Part shown: piece by piece, positions 52,087 to 64,000 of the stretch
How the letters are laid out: every line of letters starts with the position of its first letter
How positions within the stretch are numbered: position 1 is the stretch's first letter
Assembly: GCA_973895155.1 (NCBI GenBank)
Contig: OZ316898.1
Location: 6,993,079-7,057,078 of the forward strand
Reading direction: 5' to 3'
Source: Marsupella aquatica
Lineage: Eukaryota; Plantae; Marchantiophyta
DNA: 64,000 bases
Notes under the pieces: generated by a model
Databases searched by the model: none
What the model saw: only the letters and a program-made list of their open reading frames with translations
What the model was told of the DNA's origin: nothing
Position numbers and translations under genes: made by a program

Positions 52087-53030
52087 CTATCTACGTGCTA
52101 CCTCCGTTGCAAAGAACCGAATGGAGTCAGAAATTCCACCAATTGCATTTGCCATCGTATCAGCCATCTTAGATTGCTGGTCTAAAATCTTAGATTGCTG
52201 GTCTAAAATGTCTTGATGCATTTTTAAATCCAATGCTATAACACTATTGTCCCTGTCCTTCTCCTAGTTTCTATTTGTTTCCTCCAGTCTACTTTTGCGC
52301 TCTGAGTCTTTTCCCAGAAATTCCAAGAAGTTAGCACTTGTCTTTTTGAATTGGTCATCAAGTCTGTCTCTTCGACTTTCTTGATGCCTCTGTCCTCAAG
52401 TCCTACAGGTGGTGTTCGACGTTGTGCTGCATCAGCTCCTGTAGAGGAGGGTTCCATTCGAACAGGTGGAGGAGAATCGACCTCCACGTCGTTCCCCAAA
52501 ATTTCGCTGGCTGGTCCTTCAGGGGTCTGCTCGCTCTCAATGTGAGCCTCCTCCTGCACATTTCCAGTATCCACCACTTGATTTGGAGATGGATTAATGG
52601 CTCTCTGAGTCCCCATCCAAGGTTCCATACTCTCGAATAGCTCATGAGCAAAATTCATGGGAAGCTTCCTGGTCTTCCTTTCCTCACTCGCCATCTCGTA
52701 GTAGCTTGGCTGTCCGCTACCGACATGATTCTGATAATCATAAACCTTTTTAAAATCTGTAACCAATTTCTCCCATCGTTTCTTTATCTGCATAGAAACT
52801 CGTAAGACCCCATCTCTAGCAAGGGCGGATTGGATATCTCTCCATTTCTGATCAGCAGTTCTTATCCTTTCCCTGGAGCTGTTGTTCAAAGAAAATTCAT
52901 GCTCTAATCGCTTGGCAGCAATGAGCAGACATAGCTCATGCATTTTCCACTGCCTCCCGGAGAATTGCTCTGGAAGACGGACAACATTGACATTTGCAGG
53001 TGCATTGTGCGCCTCCTCAATTCCAGCCAT
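52087..53030 (-). pseudogene. Harbinger Myb/SANT-like (trihelix) DNA-binding protein, disrupted
   Basis: QWKMHELCLLIAAK...KWRDIQ...QIKKRWEKLVTDFKKVYDY...YYEM trihelix pattern. The coiled-coil C-terminus continues after a frameshift near 52380 and a TAG; it contains a 21-bp in-frame duplication (ILDQQSK x2, 52167-52208). Confidence 0.85.
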
Positions 53031-53523
53031 TGTGGTGCTGTGGTTTGTGACTGTGTATACATAATTCACTAAATCACAGTAGAACCAGGCAAAAGCAAGT
53101 TGAACGCTTCGAGCAGAATGGTAGCAAGATTTGGATGAAGGTGCTTGGTTGCAATCAAAGTGCAAGCAATATACTGGAAATTTACGTTGAAAATCCATGG
53201 CGGAATGTCTGTATTGGGCGCAAGTAGAAAAACTAGGCGCTACCGCCATGCCTTGAGTGGGACATCGATGTTTGCCAATGTCCATGCACACCGTCCTAAC
53301 TATTTGTTGCCACTGGAGATAACAAGTCGTCACGTTGGGTGCAACCTACTATCGCCAGTTCCCGGTCATCTTCAGGGCCCTCAAAGTAGGGTGGAAGGCC
53401 CGACTGGCCTTCCACCCTGCACGTCGACTTGAGGACCACCCTGAAATATTAGAGAGTTCTCATTGGCTCCTGACTACTTGGACGTTTAAGGGTATTGCGA
53501 TTCAGGGCTATGGAACACAACTC

Positions 53524-53785
53524 TAAGTGCTCACTTGGGGAAGAAACCTAAGGTGAACACTTTAACAGGGTTTACAGTCTCTAAGTGCACACTTGGGGAA
53601 GAAGCAAAAGGTGAACAGGGGTTTAAAGTGTCTAATTGTACACTCAGGGGAAGAAGCCAAAGGTGAACACTTAAACAGGGTTAATGACTTAAGTGCACAC
53701 TAGGGCTACTAAGCCAAAGGTGAACACACAGGGGACGAAGCCTCAGATGAACACTTAAACAGGGCTAATGGTCGCTAAGTGCAAT
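53524..53785. repeat. 58-bp minisatellite, right part (~5 units), in the NUG2 upstream region
   Basis: taagtgcacacttggggaagaagc(c/a)aaaggtgaacac...cagggttt units, same orientation as 47781-48112. Confidence 0.88.
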
Positions 53786-54045
53786 TGGGGCATTTGCGTA
53801 AAGCTTTCAATTCACAAAGGCTACACCGCCGTCTTCATGAGTGTCGGTGGCCGTGGCTTCATGGGCTAGGTCTCCTGCCACAAGGAGAGGAATTGAAGCA
53901 CGAGCGGAAACAGAAGGGGGCACACAATTCGTATGTCCATTAGCATTACCTCTCGGTGCTGTGGTGGTGCAGGTGCACTACTTCTCGGCTCTCGTGGTGC
54001 TCTCTCCGCATTCGGTCTTTAGGAGCTGCTCTCTTTTGATTCGTG

Positions 54046-54187
54046 AATTCGTTTGCAACAAGAGTACGTGAGGTTGAAGCATTTGATGAAGCTCAGAGCA
54101 GACGACGGACAACAATTCGTTTGCAAACTACAGTACGTGAGGTTGAAGCAGTTGTTAAAGCTCAGCACAGACGACGGACAACAATTT
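54046..54187. repeat. ~68-bp tandem duplication upstream of the NUG2 ATG
   Basis: aattcgtttgcaa...agtacgtgaggttgaagca...aagctcag...cagacgacggacaac occurs twice. Confidence 0.85.
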
Positions 54188-54252
54188 TGCTAGGGAGAGC
54201 CTCAGAGCCCTCAGCTCGCTCGTGAATTTCTCTTTTACCCAACCAATGGGTT

Positions 54253-54260
54253 TAGGGTTT
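54253..54260. promoter_or_regulatory. Telo-box (TAGGGTTT/AAACCCTA) near the NUG2 start
   Basis: gggtttagggtttagg ~70 bp upstream of the ATG, site-II-like TGGGCT at ~53862, and a second telo-box in intron 8 (56932-56939). Typical of plant ribosome-biogenesis genes. Confidence 0.65.
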
Positions 54261-54326
54261 AGGTCGGCATACTACTGATAGACCGTCGAGGGACAGAAGA
54301 ATTCTCGGGTGAAGCAGGAGGGAAAG

Positions 54327-57300
54327 ATGGGCAAGCAGAAGACAAAAGGGCCTGTAGTGAAAGGGAAACCGAAGCATTCACTCGACGAACAGCGGCGAGA
54401 TGGGAAAAATGGCCTTCGAACTTCGGCAACGGTGCGCAGGCTCCATATGTACAAGAACAGACCTGTCCGGAATAGTAAGGGGAAAGTACTGTATCACGAG
54501 TATCAATCCAAAGACCTTCCAAGTACGCGCATCCAGCCAGATCGACGTTGGTTTGGTAAGTTGGTTCTCCGCCCCTTGCTATCGAATTGCAGCGCCAGAG
54601 AAAGTGGCATTCGTATCATGATCCGCAGGTTGTGGCATGTCTTTGGCCCGCATTTTAAATAGGCTGCAAAATTATCCACGATAGATGTGGAAAGCCTTTC
54701 TAATTCCTGGCCTAGTCGCCGTTTTGAAAATTGTGTCACTGCACTGTGTTTAGCGATCTGTGGACCTTCATTCAGCCGAGTAATTTGTAGGCGTACAAAA
54801 TTATAAGCAAAATAAGCAAAATGATCTTAAAACATAACAGAAATGGTTACGTCGAGCAGGCAACACCAGAGTGATCGGGCAAAAGGAGCTGGAGACTTTT
54901 AGGGAAGAAATGCGTACTCGGGTGTCCGATTCGTATACAGTGATCCTGAAAGATAAGAAGTTGCCCCTCGCGCTTCTCAACGATAATCAGAAGGTCTGAT
55001 TTCTATACATAAGCTGGCACATGTACTGCGATGGAATCCCGTTTCGAGCCGAAGACGGACAATTGGGCATTTGTTAATCAAGTTTACTTCTGTTATTCTG
55101 CTCTCGTGATGGTTTGTTCAATGGACATTTTCCTAATATCAGCATTGATTGTGCAGCAATCGAGAGTGCATCTTTTGGATACAGAGAAGTTTGATGACAC
55201 TTTCGGACCCAAGAAGAAGCGAAAACGTCCCAAATTGGCTGTGGATGATTACGAGACACTGGTGGAAAAAGTCAATGGAGTGCAAGGTAAAATTCTTTGC
55301 CGTGAATCTCCGATGCACTGTTCCTGTAGCTGTCGTTCAGAACAGTCCGGTTAGATTGAGTCTACTAGCTTCTGGAAGCAGGACAGATCGACTTAGTGAT
55401 TAAGCAATGCTAACAATTAGGCTTTGCTGATTTTGCAGAAAAATTTGAACAGGGTGGTGGGCAGGTTTTTATTGATGGTGTAGAAGATGACGGGCAACGT
55501 GACGCAGCCAGGCACACGATGTTCGATAAAGGGCAGAGCAAGCGCATATGGGGAGAGCTTTACAAAGTTGTTGATTCCTCTGATGTTGTGGTTGAGGTAT
55601 CCGCCCGAGCGTTTTGGCCTAATTGAGCTGTCTTTGTATTTAAAGAACTTGATTTTAGATTTGGGTCATGTGTTGTTGTTGAACATGTATACTTGATTGC
55701 TGTAATTCCTCTGTGTCTCACTTACGCCAGTGCTGGTTTACCAGGTATTGGATGCTCGCGACCCGGAGGGCACTAGATGTCGTCATTTGGAGAGGCATTT
55801 GAAAGAGAATGGCAAGCACAAGCACCTCATCTTCTTACTGAACAAGGTTGGGGCAGAAAACTCTTATCTACGTGGTTGTGGCCTTTCTGTGTGTGCTTGT
55901 AGACCGAGTTTCCTTCATGTTCATTGATGTCTCACGCGTTGATTGAGCTTAGCTGCTTAGAAGTATTATTGCCCTGGCATTGAATCGAGTCACCTGTTTG
56001 ATTGGTGCTAATCAATTCCTTTTCCTTAATTTGCAGTGTGATCTAGTGCCATCATGGGTCACCAAAGGATGGCTTCACACGCTTTCCCGTGAATATCCCA
56101 CTCTTGCCTTTCATGCAAGTGTAACCAATCCCTTCGGCAAGGTAGCTATCCTCGTCGTTTCTACCGACTTGGTGATATGTTCGTGTTTATACTTCATGCC
56201 TGTTGACGCGTTTAATCTTGGCGATACTAATGTGGACCATAGTTTAGCGACAGCAAGGTTTTTGTACGTTGTCACATTTTGAGCTGAACACCCCCAGGCC
56301 GTCACGACGACAACGGCTGCACTTTCCCCAAAGAAACCAATATGCTAATAAATGCACTGGCCTTCTCTCAGGGATCTCTTTTGTCACTCCTTAGGCAACT
56401 TGCCCACCTCAAGTCGGACAAGCAAGCTATTTCGGTCGGATTTGTGGGTTATCCGAATGTTGGGAAATCTTCAGTCATTAACACACTGCGCACTAAGAGT
56501 GTGAGTTCTTATTCCCCTTGGATTGTGAAACGTTGTAGCTTTGGCTAGGTCCTTATTGGTGAGAGTGAATATCAAATTCACATGTCCGTCTAGTGAGTCG
56601 AGAATTGAAGAATAGAATCTCAAAAGAATACCGTACGTCCCAAATTTTATGTATGCCCTGGCAACCTTGAGGGTGATTCTAGGAGTGATGTTAGTGGTTT
56701 GCTCGATCTTGGTACAGGTGTGCAAGGTTGCTCCAATCCCCGGGGAGACAAAAGTATGGCAATACATTACTCTCACAAAGAAGATCTTTCTGATAGATTG
56801 CCCCGGCGTTGTTTACCAAAGCAAGGACTCAGAGACGGATATTGTGCTGAAAGGAGTCGTAAGTAACTCGGCTATCAATTTGTAGGATTTCAGTTAATGC
56901 AGCATAACTCAGTAGTTACTTGTGCAGGGTTTAGGGTTTACACACTCTAAATCTTGGATTTCTCATTCGGTTCGTGCAGGTCCGGGTAGGGAACCTTGAA
57001 GACGCGACTGAGCACATTGAGGAGGTATTACAACGAGTGAAGAAGGAATATCTCTCCCGGGCCTATAAAGTTAAAGAATGGTAAAGTTGCCGTTGACTTC
57101 AACCCTACTGACTACCTTATTATGTTATGATGCCAATACGGACGTGTACTTGTTCGCCGGATTTTATGCTACCTGGATTAGCTAGTATCCTTGACGTATG
57201 GTTGTTTGCTATCGTTCTAGGAAGGATGCAGAAGATTTCCTCATCCAGCTGTGCCGGCAAACTGGAAAGCTCTTGAAGGTATCTTATTCAGGGTGACTGG

Positions 57301-58296
57301 GAGATCCCAACGGTGGGAGTGGTTTCGCTCCGAACACATGCTTAGCTAGCGCAAGATCTAGCTCTATAACAAAGTATTTGATGTGATGTTAATTGATGAA
57401 TTGGTGTCACCTGAGGGAGAGAACTTTTCCTAGAAGCAGGGTTGTGAAGACGCATGTTCTGTCCTGTTTTTACGATCGTTGCTGTTTGTATCGAAGTTTG
57501 GATATGATTCTTTCATTGTCTTGGTACTCAATGGCAGGGTGGAGAACCGGATCTTAAGACAGCCGCAAAGATGGTCTTGTTTGACTGGCAAAGAGGCCGG
57601 ATTCCGTTTTTCACTCCACCTCCCAGCAGAGCAAGTGATGATTTGCCAAACAGCACAGCTGCAGATGATAAGACTCAAGATCTGAGCAAGCCGTCAGAAG
57701 TCATCGCTGGTCCTGAGGAACGAGTCGCGAAAGATAGCGATCATGATAGGGAGAGCAGAGCGTTGGCTGCCATTTGTAATGTGGTTGCCAGGCAGAGCAT
57801 TCGCAAGGCCCCTGTCCAGAGAGATTTCTTTGATGCAGAGGATGAACAACGGGAGGGTGATGAACAGGTTGGGTTTCATTAGAATATATGCCCTGATGAA
57901 TCAATGCAGGTCATGTAATTGTCCAGTTTTGAAGATTCAAGTCAGATAATGAAGTCAAAATAAGACCGAGGCCGGCCGACTACTTACCTGCATATATATC
58001 TGTGATTGCAGATTGAGGATGACGTTGGGGGAAGTGATGCGGACCTTGGCGATTTTGATGATGAGTCGGAAGCAGAAGACGAGAAAACTGCAGAAGGTAG
58101 GTCACAAGAAGCCAAGTCTCCTGAGGCAGAAGAGGAGGATGAGGAGGAAGTCACATGGGAGGATGTCCTTAAAAGTGTACAGGCAGAAATAGGTACCACT
58201 GCAGAGCCTGCAGCAGAGACAAATGTTCAGCATGCTAGCGATAAGTCAAAAAAGAAAAAGCAATCGAAAAAGAAAAGGAAAAAGAATGTTGACTAG
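54327..58296 (+). CDS. NUG2: Nuclear/nucleolar GTPase 2 (NOG2/NUG2, circularly permuted GTPase, 60S biogenesis), 12 exons
   Basis: Exons 54327-54555, 54860-54993, 55157-55286, 55439-55596, 55745-55846, 56037-56141, 56372-56500, 56718-56858, 56980-57080, 57221-57278, 57538-57867 and 58012-58296. Motifs [56 protein letters not shown] and [10 protein letters not shown]. Confidence 0.96.
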
Positions 58297-60724
58297 AGAA
58301 ATAACATGCTTGGCACCCAATTCTTTAGCTAATCCTCTACTTATGCAGAAGGAAACATGGATGTAGTGGTTCAATGATGAATGCCAAATTATATGTATCT
58401 GTGAGATTCAGTTTCTCTGCTTCCTAATTTCAGATTTGCCGTTCCCCAAGATTTTGCCGAGAAACCTACATCAAAGAAAGATATTCCACATCTGGACTTT
58501 TTAAAATTCTCTTTTAATCTCAAATTTGTAGACTCGAACCTTGTCTTAAGGTGCACTGGTAAACAAGTACGCGATGCAGTGTCCAACGATCTTTGCATAG
58601 CTATTCACATCAGTGCCCTTCAACAGCCAACGTGACTTTACCCAACAAACGACATCAGTATTCATCAACAGGCAACTTTTGAAAAGTTTAGATATTATCC
58701 TTCAAAATGATATAGATCAAGAAATCTCATCATCTGTGGAATGAAGCAGAAGCTAGGATGGACAGGGTCATTGTAGGTGTGAGCAAATAGGAAAAATGAT
58801 CATGTAAGGCAAAAAGTAAACTTTGTCCCTAGCTAGCCAAAACATGGTCAGTAAAACCCAGCTTTGGGACTCAGCCATACGGAGTTCTAGAATTGCACTA
58901 GATATACAAGTCTCAAATAAATCAACAATGTGGAGACACTGTAAAGTTAGTTGGTCCACCTAAGTTGTAATGTCAGGTTTATTTTGGTAAGGTGGGGGTG
59001 GATTTGCCTGGGAAGGGTGGCGGCTGGGAAGAAGAGGGGCTGAGGGGACAACATATCTATTGTCCTTCCTCTGTTTCCCCCTTTTGTGTATAACACAAGA
59101 TCACTTTTGCCTTCCCATATCTTCTGCCCTAACCATCTTTCACTTTTGATGACATAGTTCCATTTTGCATTCCCTCAACACTTGTGCAACTATGCCTGCA
59201 ATGACCATTTTCTGCATTGACAACAGGGGCCACTTTCCCCTACCTTAAACTATCTTGTGCTTCCTTAACACATTCTGTAACTACTTTCAGCTCTCATTTC
59301 CATCCGCATCACTTCAGTCTGAAATTCCCTTGGTTGGACGACACTTTCCACTTTGACAACACTATTCAACTTACAGGCATTGAAAATCACCCACATCTTA
59401 TAGAGACCACATTCATGTTTTTCCTAGTGTCCTCAAATTCTAGTGGTAGAGGATGTGATGTGAGGATATGTCCACCAACACGTGTTCTTTGAGGGGTTGA
59501 TTTGCAGGCATCTCCACTTGACCTTTTGAGTGAGATTGTTGCTCTTCTTATTTACAGTTTTAAGTACTTTACCATTAAAGATGTTCTAATTGAAAAGTAT
59601 TGTCACTATTTCTTTGAATTTATAAATATGTCATGGTTTCATATATGGATGACAAGTTCACTAATGTCACCAAGATAAGTATATGCAAAAAATGTAGCAT
59701 ATTTGTAACCACAATAACAATAATGACAATATTGTAAATTCAAACAGTTTTAGTGGTAATGTATTGTAAAAATTGTTACATGTAATATTTGTACTTCAGA
59801 AATTCATACATTGTATAGTTATTAAATTGTACCCATCATAGTAATTACATTAAATATTGAATATCATATTAATAGCATAAAGACAATGATGCACCACAGA
59901 ATTGACTTTTAGGTTCCCTTGCTCCTCTCACCAATCTATTTACCTTTCTCAGGATCAGAGCTAAAAAAATTAACATTCTAAGATACTGTAAAAGACATTA
60001 ATATATTGATCAACAGAAAACAGAAAACTGAGAGGAGCATCCGTTATCACGTTGGATAAGTTCAAACATGCATGTATTAGAATGAACACGCTATACTATA
60101 CTTAGTTACTAATGAATTTGAAGCATCCCAGGGAAGCATCCTCATCCTGTATTCATGTTGATACCAGAGTAGTCCTTTGTTGAATTCTTGTTTGAGGCAC
60201 AAAAGTAATAAGTGAACTTCATTGACAGTCCTTGATTTGACTGCCTGGGGTAGCAGCTGGAGTGATTGTGGAAATGCAAACAGTGTCTCTGAAAGTGGTG
60301 TCCTAGCAATTTAGATTAAAGAGGTGACAGAACATAAATAAACTGATAAGTGAGGGCAGGGAATTTTGCGGATAGCGGGTGTGTGACCAAAAAAACTGTT
60401 TGCCAATAAAGACTCAACAAATATACTCCCTCATTTGTGAATACTTTTGTCATAGAAGGAACAAATATTTCCCTCCTTTGTGAGTACAATAGTCTTTCAT
60501 AGTCCCTAATTCCAACTTGTATCTTCTATCTTGTATTTATCTCTGCTATGTCTTTTCCTGTATATTTAAAACAAATGGACCTAATAGTTTTGATTCTTCT
60601 ATAATTACCTATCAGCCCAACCTGGCACAGAAGATGTCAAGGTGAGGCAAAGAAATGTAGGTGAGTATGGAAGTTGCCTTATGTGTAATTGCCTCCATGC
60701 AGTCGTCCCACCCATATAGTTGTC

Positions 60725-60830
60725 GTGGCCATGAGGTTTTTGTCAAAGTGTTGTCAAAAACATGTGTGCAAGTTCAATGTGCAGAATTGTGCCTGTGGCC
60801 ATGAGGTCATTGTCAAAGTGCTGTCAAAAT
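60725..60830. repeat. Short diverged direct repeat (~71-bp period)
   Basis: gtggccatgaggt..ttgtcaaagtg.tgtcaaaa occurs twice. Confidence 0.6.
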
Positions 60831-62710
60831 TGACTGTAGGCATGATTAGTGTGTGGAGTGGTCATTGTGGCCATGTCATTGAGGAAAGGAAGTGTGGCAG
60901 AGTCACACTTACAAAGGGTAGTTGATTTTGCGATTGATGCCAAAGTTTTGTCAATTAAAGCAAAACCTAGGGAGAGGCGCTACACTTGGGTTGGGCCATG
61001 GCACCCTCCTGTTGAATATTTGTCAAAAGGAAGCAAGAGAGGTATGTGAGGGCAGCCTGGGATTTGGTGGGCAAACAGAGGCAATGGCAAGGGGAGATGA
61101 CGTTTTTGGAAAGGGCAATGGCATCCAAGACAGGCATCACTAGACATAGGGATGTGCAAGAGTGAGATTTTTTCCTTTTGTCTTTCACCCTTTTTTTTCT
61201 TACCTACTCTTTTTCTTCCCTTTTTTCCCTCCTCGAGCCCTATCTTTTCTCTTGGAGTCCCATTTTGGTGTTTTTAAAATTATTTTCAAACTTCTCAGGC
61301 TAATGTTCTTCATCTGATGCTGGTGATTGTTTCACCTCACCCGGCTCACTAGGAAGCCTCCGTCCCATATGCACAAGGGAGGAGGGGAGCTAGTGCTTGC
61401 GCCCTCTCCCTTCCTCCTTGATGTGCAGGAAGGGGAAGGCAGTCACACAGCCTAACGTACCTGGCCCGCCTCACCGCGGGGCATAGTTGGGCAGGGCAGG
61501 AAAACTGGTGCCAAGCATGGGGGGTGAGGAGCTACTTTTTTAACAATCCAACAGTCATGGAGAACTCATATTTCATGGAACAGTCAGGTTTCAGTCCAGT
61601 CCCAAATTCATTCATAAAACAGACCACAAAAAATGTTTGGGCAAGATCACATATTGTAGTGTTGATCATGATAATTTATATTATTATATGAAAATCAAGT
61701 TTGCATGCTGTATAGCCCAATACCTGTGAGCTGCATAATTGTTGCTGTCATGTTGTTGTCTATGTAACAATGCCCATGCATTCCATATAAATGTTGAGGT
61801 GAGTGAAAGATGGCAGACAAGGAAGTGTAGTCATTTTGGTTGTGTGGTTGTTACTACAAAGATGTTGTCCAATTGGTCAATGCTATTGAGGAGGATAAGG
61901 GTGCAGGAGGGCGGGCTGGGGGACACCAAATGGCACAGTGGGCATAGCTCTTGAGGTTAGGCGTGGTTGCTTTCCACTACATGGCGTGAGAACATGTAAA
62001 TAATGTTTTCTCTCCCCTCCCTTTTATCTTGATCTCCCCTCCCATGCGAGCTCCCATGCACCCTCCCTTTCTCTCCTCGCACTCTCCCTTTCCCTCCCTC
62101 CAACATGCTTAAAAACAAAAAAACAAAGGAAGTAAAAACAAAATTATCCCAAAGAAAAGACAAAATTTCTCTTCATTTAAAAAGGGTGACAAAGCTCTCA
62201 TACCAATGTACTTCCCATCTAGTGGCCCTAAAGTACTCAACCAACACATGCACCTTGTACTTAACAATGTACTTTCTAGTACATATTGTAGAAGCTAGTG
62301 TATCCATTGAATATCCCCTTTCAGTCTATCCAAAGATGTCAAAAATAATACAATATACCTAATAGTATTGCTCATTCCATATTTTTCAAATTTGTAAACA
62401 CACCATGTAACTAAAACTTTTGGCAAGATCCCTTATAATAGTGGTTGTGGTGTGGTTGTGGTTTGGTTGTTAAAATTTTAAGATTGTACTTGATTTAGCC
62501 AAATACACTGCGGATGAAGTGCTCCGTCCTTGGGCATGGGCTAAAGTGGGATAAATGTGTGTATGTATGTGTTTGTTTCTCTCCACTGGGCGGAGGCATT
62601 CACTACACACATGAGGTTGGTTTTAGGGCATCCAATACAGTTCCTCCCATAGCTCTACCTGGCATTTCAGTTTGTGTCTTTAGGGATTCAGTAAATTTGA
62701 ATATCTATTT

Positions 62711-62862
62711 GGGCCCTTGGACTTTTTGACTCTTTTGCTTTTTGGCTCTTTGGTTTTCCCTGTTTTTTTTCCCCTTTTGTTTCCCCCCTTTACTGGGGTT
62801 TGGCCTTTCGTATCATATTTCCCAGTAAGGCATTTTGATCCTTTGGAGTCTTATATATAAAA
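62711..62862 (+). repeat. Second copy of the dispersed LINE/SINE-tail-like repeat
   Basis: Homologous to 35957-36127. Confidence 0.6.
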
Positions 62863-63442
62863 GCTCTCTGGTAACAAGGCATTATGGGCCTTAGTTCTAT
62901 TTGACACGATGTTAATATACTTAAATGCCTAACAGATATATTGGTATTTTTAATTAGTAAGGTAGAGGAGAAGTTTCAAGATGCTTCCATCCCGATCTGG
63001 ACTGTGCATTATTCTCTACATGGATTAAAACAACTAACTGTGGAAATTCACAAAGGGCATTGAGAGTAGAGTAACTTACTGGTTAGAAGACATTGTGGAA
63101 TATAATGCTCCCAAAATTAAGGCTTTAGTCTAATTTGAGGAGACAATGTGGCCCACACTGCCCGTAAGCAGAGGACAAATGTATGTAATCTTGAGTGATT
63201 TTTGGAAACACACTATTTTTTTGTGCTGAAATTAGGGTCACATAATGTTTGGACAGAAAAATGAAGAAGTCAAAATGCTAAGCCATGCAAAGATTAGCAA
63301 ATTTTACATTTTGTTTTCCATGGTATTACTTTGTCCATTGCGTTACTTATTCCTAAATTGATGGGTCGTTGCATAATGTACATCTCAAATCAGGGTATGT
63401 GTTAGAATAAATCATTTCCCTGAAAATACTAAACAGAAACTC

Positions 63443-63744
63443 TGTTAGGCATTTAGTCTTAGGTTTAGGGGCAGTCATAGTTAGGCTAACCTTGTTGCGG
63501 ACTTGGTTAGGTTAGTTGTGCTACACTATACGCACAAGCAGGTTTTTGTTAGTGCAAAGGAACTTTAAGTTTATTGTTACAAAGTCAGTTGAGAAATAAG
63601 GAGAACTTGTGTTACAAAGACTTGGTATTTCTGATGGATCTAGAGTGCAATGAAACTATTGTGTGTTCCCATGAACATATTCTATTACTTGTTCATTAGA
63701 TGTTCATAAGTAATTGCCTTTGTGAATGTCATATTTGCTCATCA
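63443..63744 (+). mobile_element. Old solo LTR related to the copia family in this window
   Basis: TGTTAG...GCTCATCA with TSD AACTC (63438-63442 / 63745-63749). Colinear similarity to the 345-bp LTR (gttaggctaac, agttgaga.atarggagarcttgtg, ctagagtgca, ttgtgtgttccc, gaatgtc). Confidence 0.85.
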
Positions 63745-63782
63745 AACTCTTGAAAGTATTTACCTGAACATCAGCCAAGCCA

Positions 63783-63950
63783 CTAGTTTAGATCAGTTGG
63801 CCAAGGGATTAACCTAAACGCAAACTAACGTGCCAGGTTTAATCCCTGCTCCACATGCACAAGGGGTCTGGAGTGTATGGGGTGTGGTGGTGGGAGGACC
63901 CCTAGCTCTATGTTCCCTGCCTGGGGGCTTTGGGACCCTGGTTCAACCCT
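63783..63950 (+). mobile_element. Possible tRNA-derived SINE head
   Basis: A-box-like TAGATCAGTTGG (63789-63800) and B-box-like GGTTTAATCC (63836-63845) at tRNA-like spacing; no intact cloverleaf. Confidence 0.4.
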
Positions 63951-64000
63951 CTTTCCCTCCTGGTATAGGTAGTTGCCTGATCCCTAGGGATTGTCCTCTT

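Larger units (their letters stand above)
48113..53523. mobile_element. PIF/Harbinger DNA transposon (two convergent genes), defective
   Basis: TSD TAA (48110-48112 / 53524-53526). Imperfect TIRs GAACACTGTTCCATCAGCCCT and, reverse-complemented, GAGTTGTGTTCCATAGCCCT. Removing the element restores a minisatellite unit. Encodes a DDE nuclease and a Myb/SANT protein. Confidence 0.85.

Noticed and set aside
57891-57971. Box C/D snoRNA in NUG2 intron 11
   Set aside because: TGATGA is present but the D box is non-canonical (CCGA), and I could not find rRNA complementarity.

Overview
Land-plant nuclear DNA, probably a bryophyte such as a liverwort (impression from the proteins, not tested). Five host genes: the 3' part of a HAK/KUP potassium transporter (+), a 14-exon serine carboxypeptidase-like gene (SCPL20-like, +), a PLIP-type class-3 lipase (-), intronless chloroplast ATP synthase b' (ATPG, -) and a 12-exon NUG2/NOG2 GTPase (+). 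Between them lie nested transposons. There are two full-length Ty1/copia elements of one family (6888-13597, TSD TCTTT; 29066-35715, TSD CTACC); the second sits inside a 362-bp Harbinger-type MITE. A two-gene PIF/Harbinger element (48113-53523, TSD TAA) split a 58-bp minisatellite and was itself hit at its left end by a 1.2-kb solo LTR (TSD GCCCT). Also present: an old solo LTR of the copia family, LINE and SINE remnants, and a decayed LRR-coding array. Most notable: both copia copies share three in-frame stops (gag/pol boundary, integrase N-terminal LWH motif, RNase H STTEAEY motif). Yet their pol genes differ by an excess of synonymous changes and their 5' leaders are far more diverged. This suggests either recoding or a recombining defective/helper pair. 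All counts and coordinates were read by hand.
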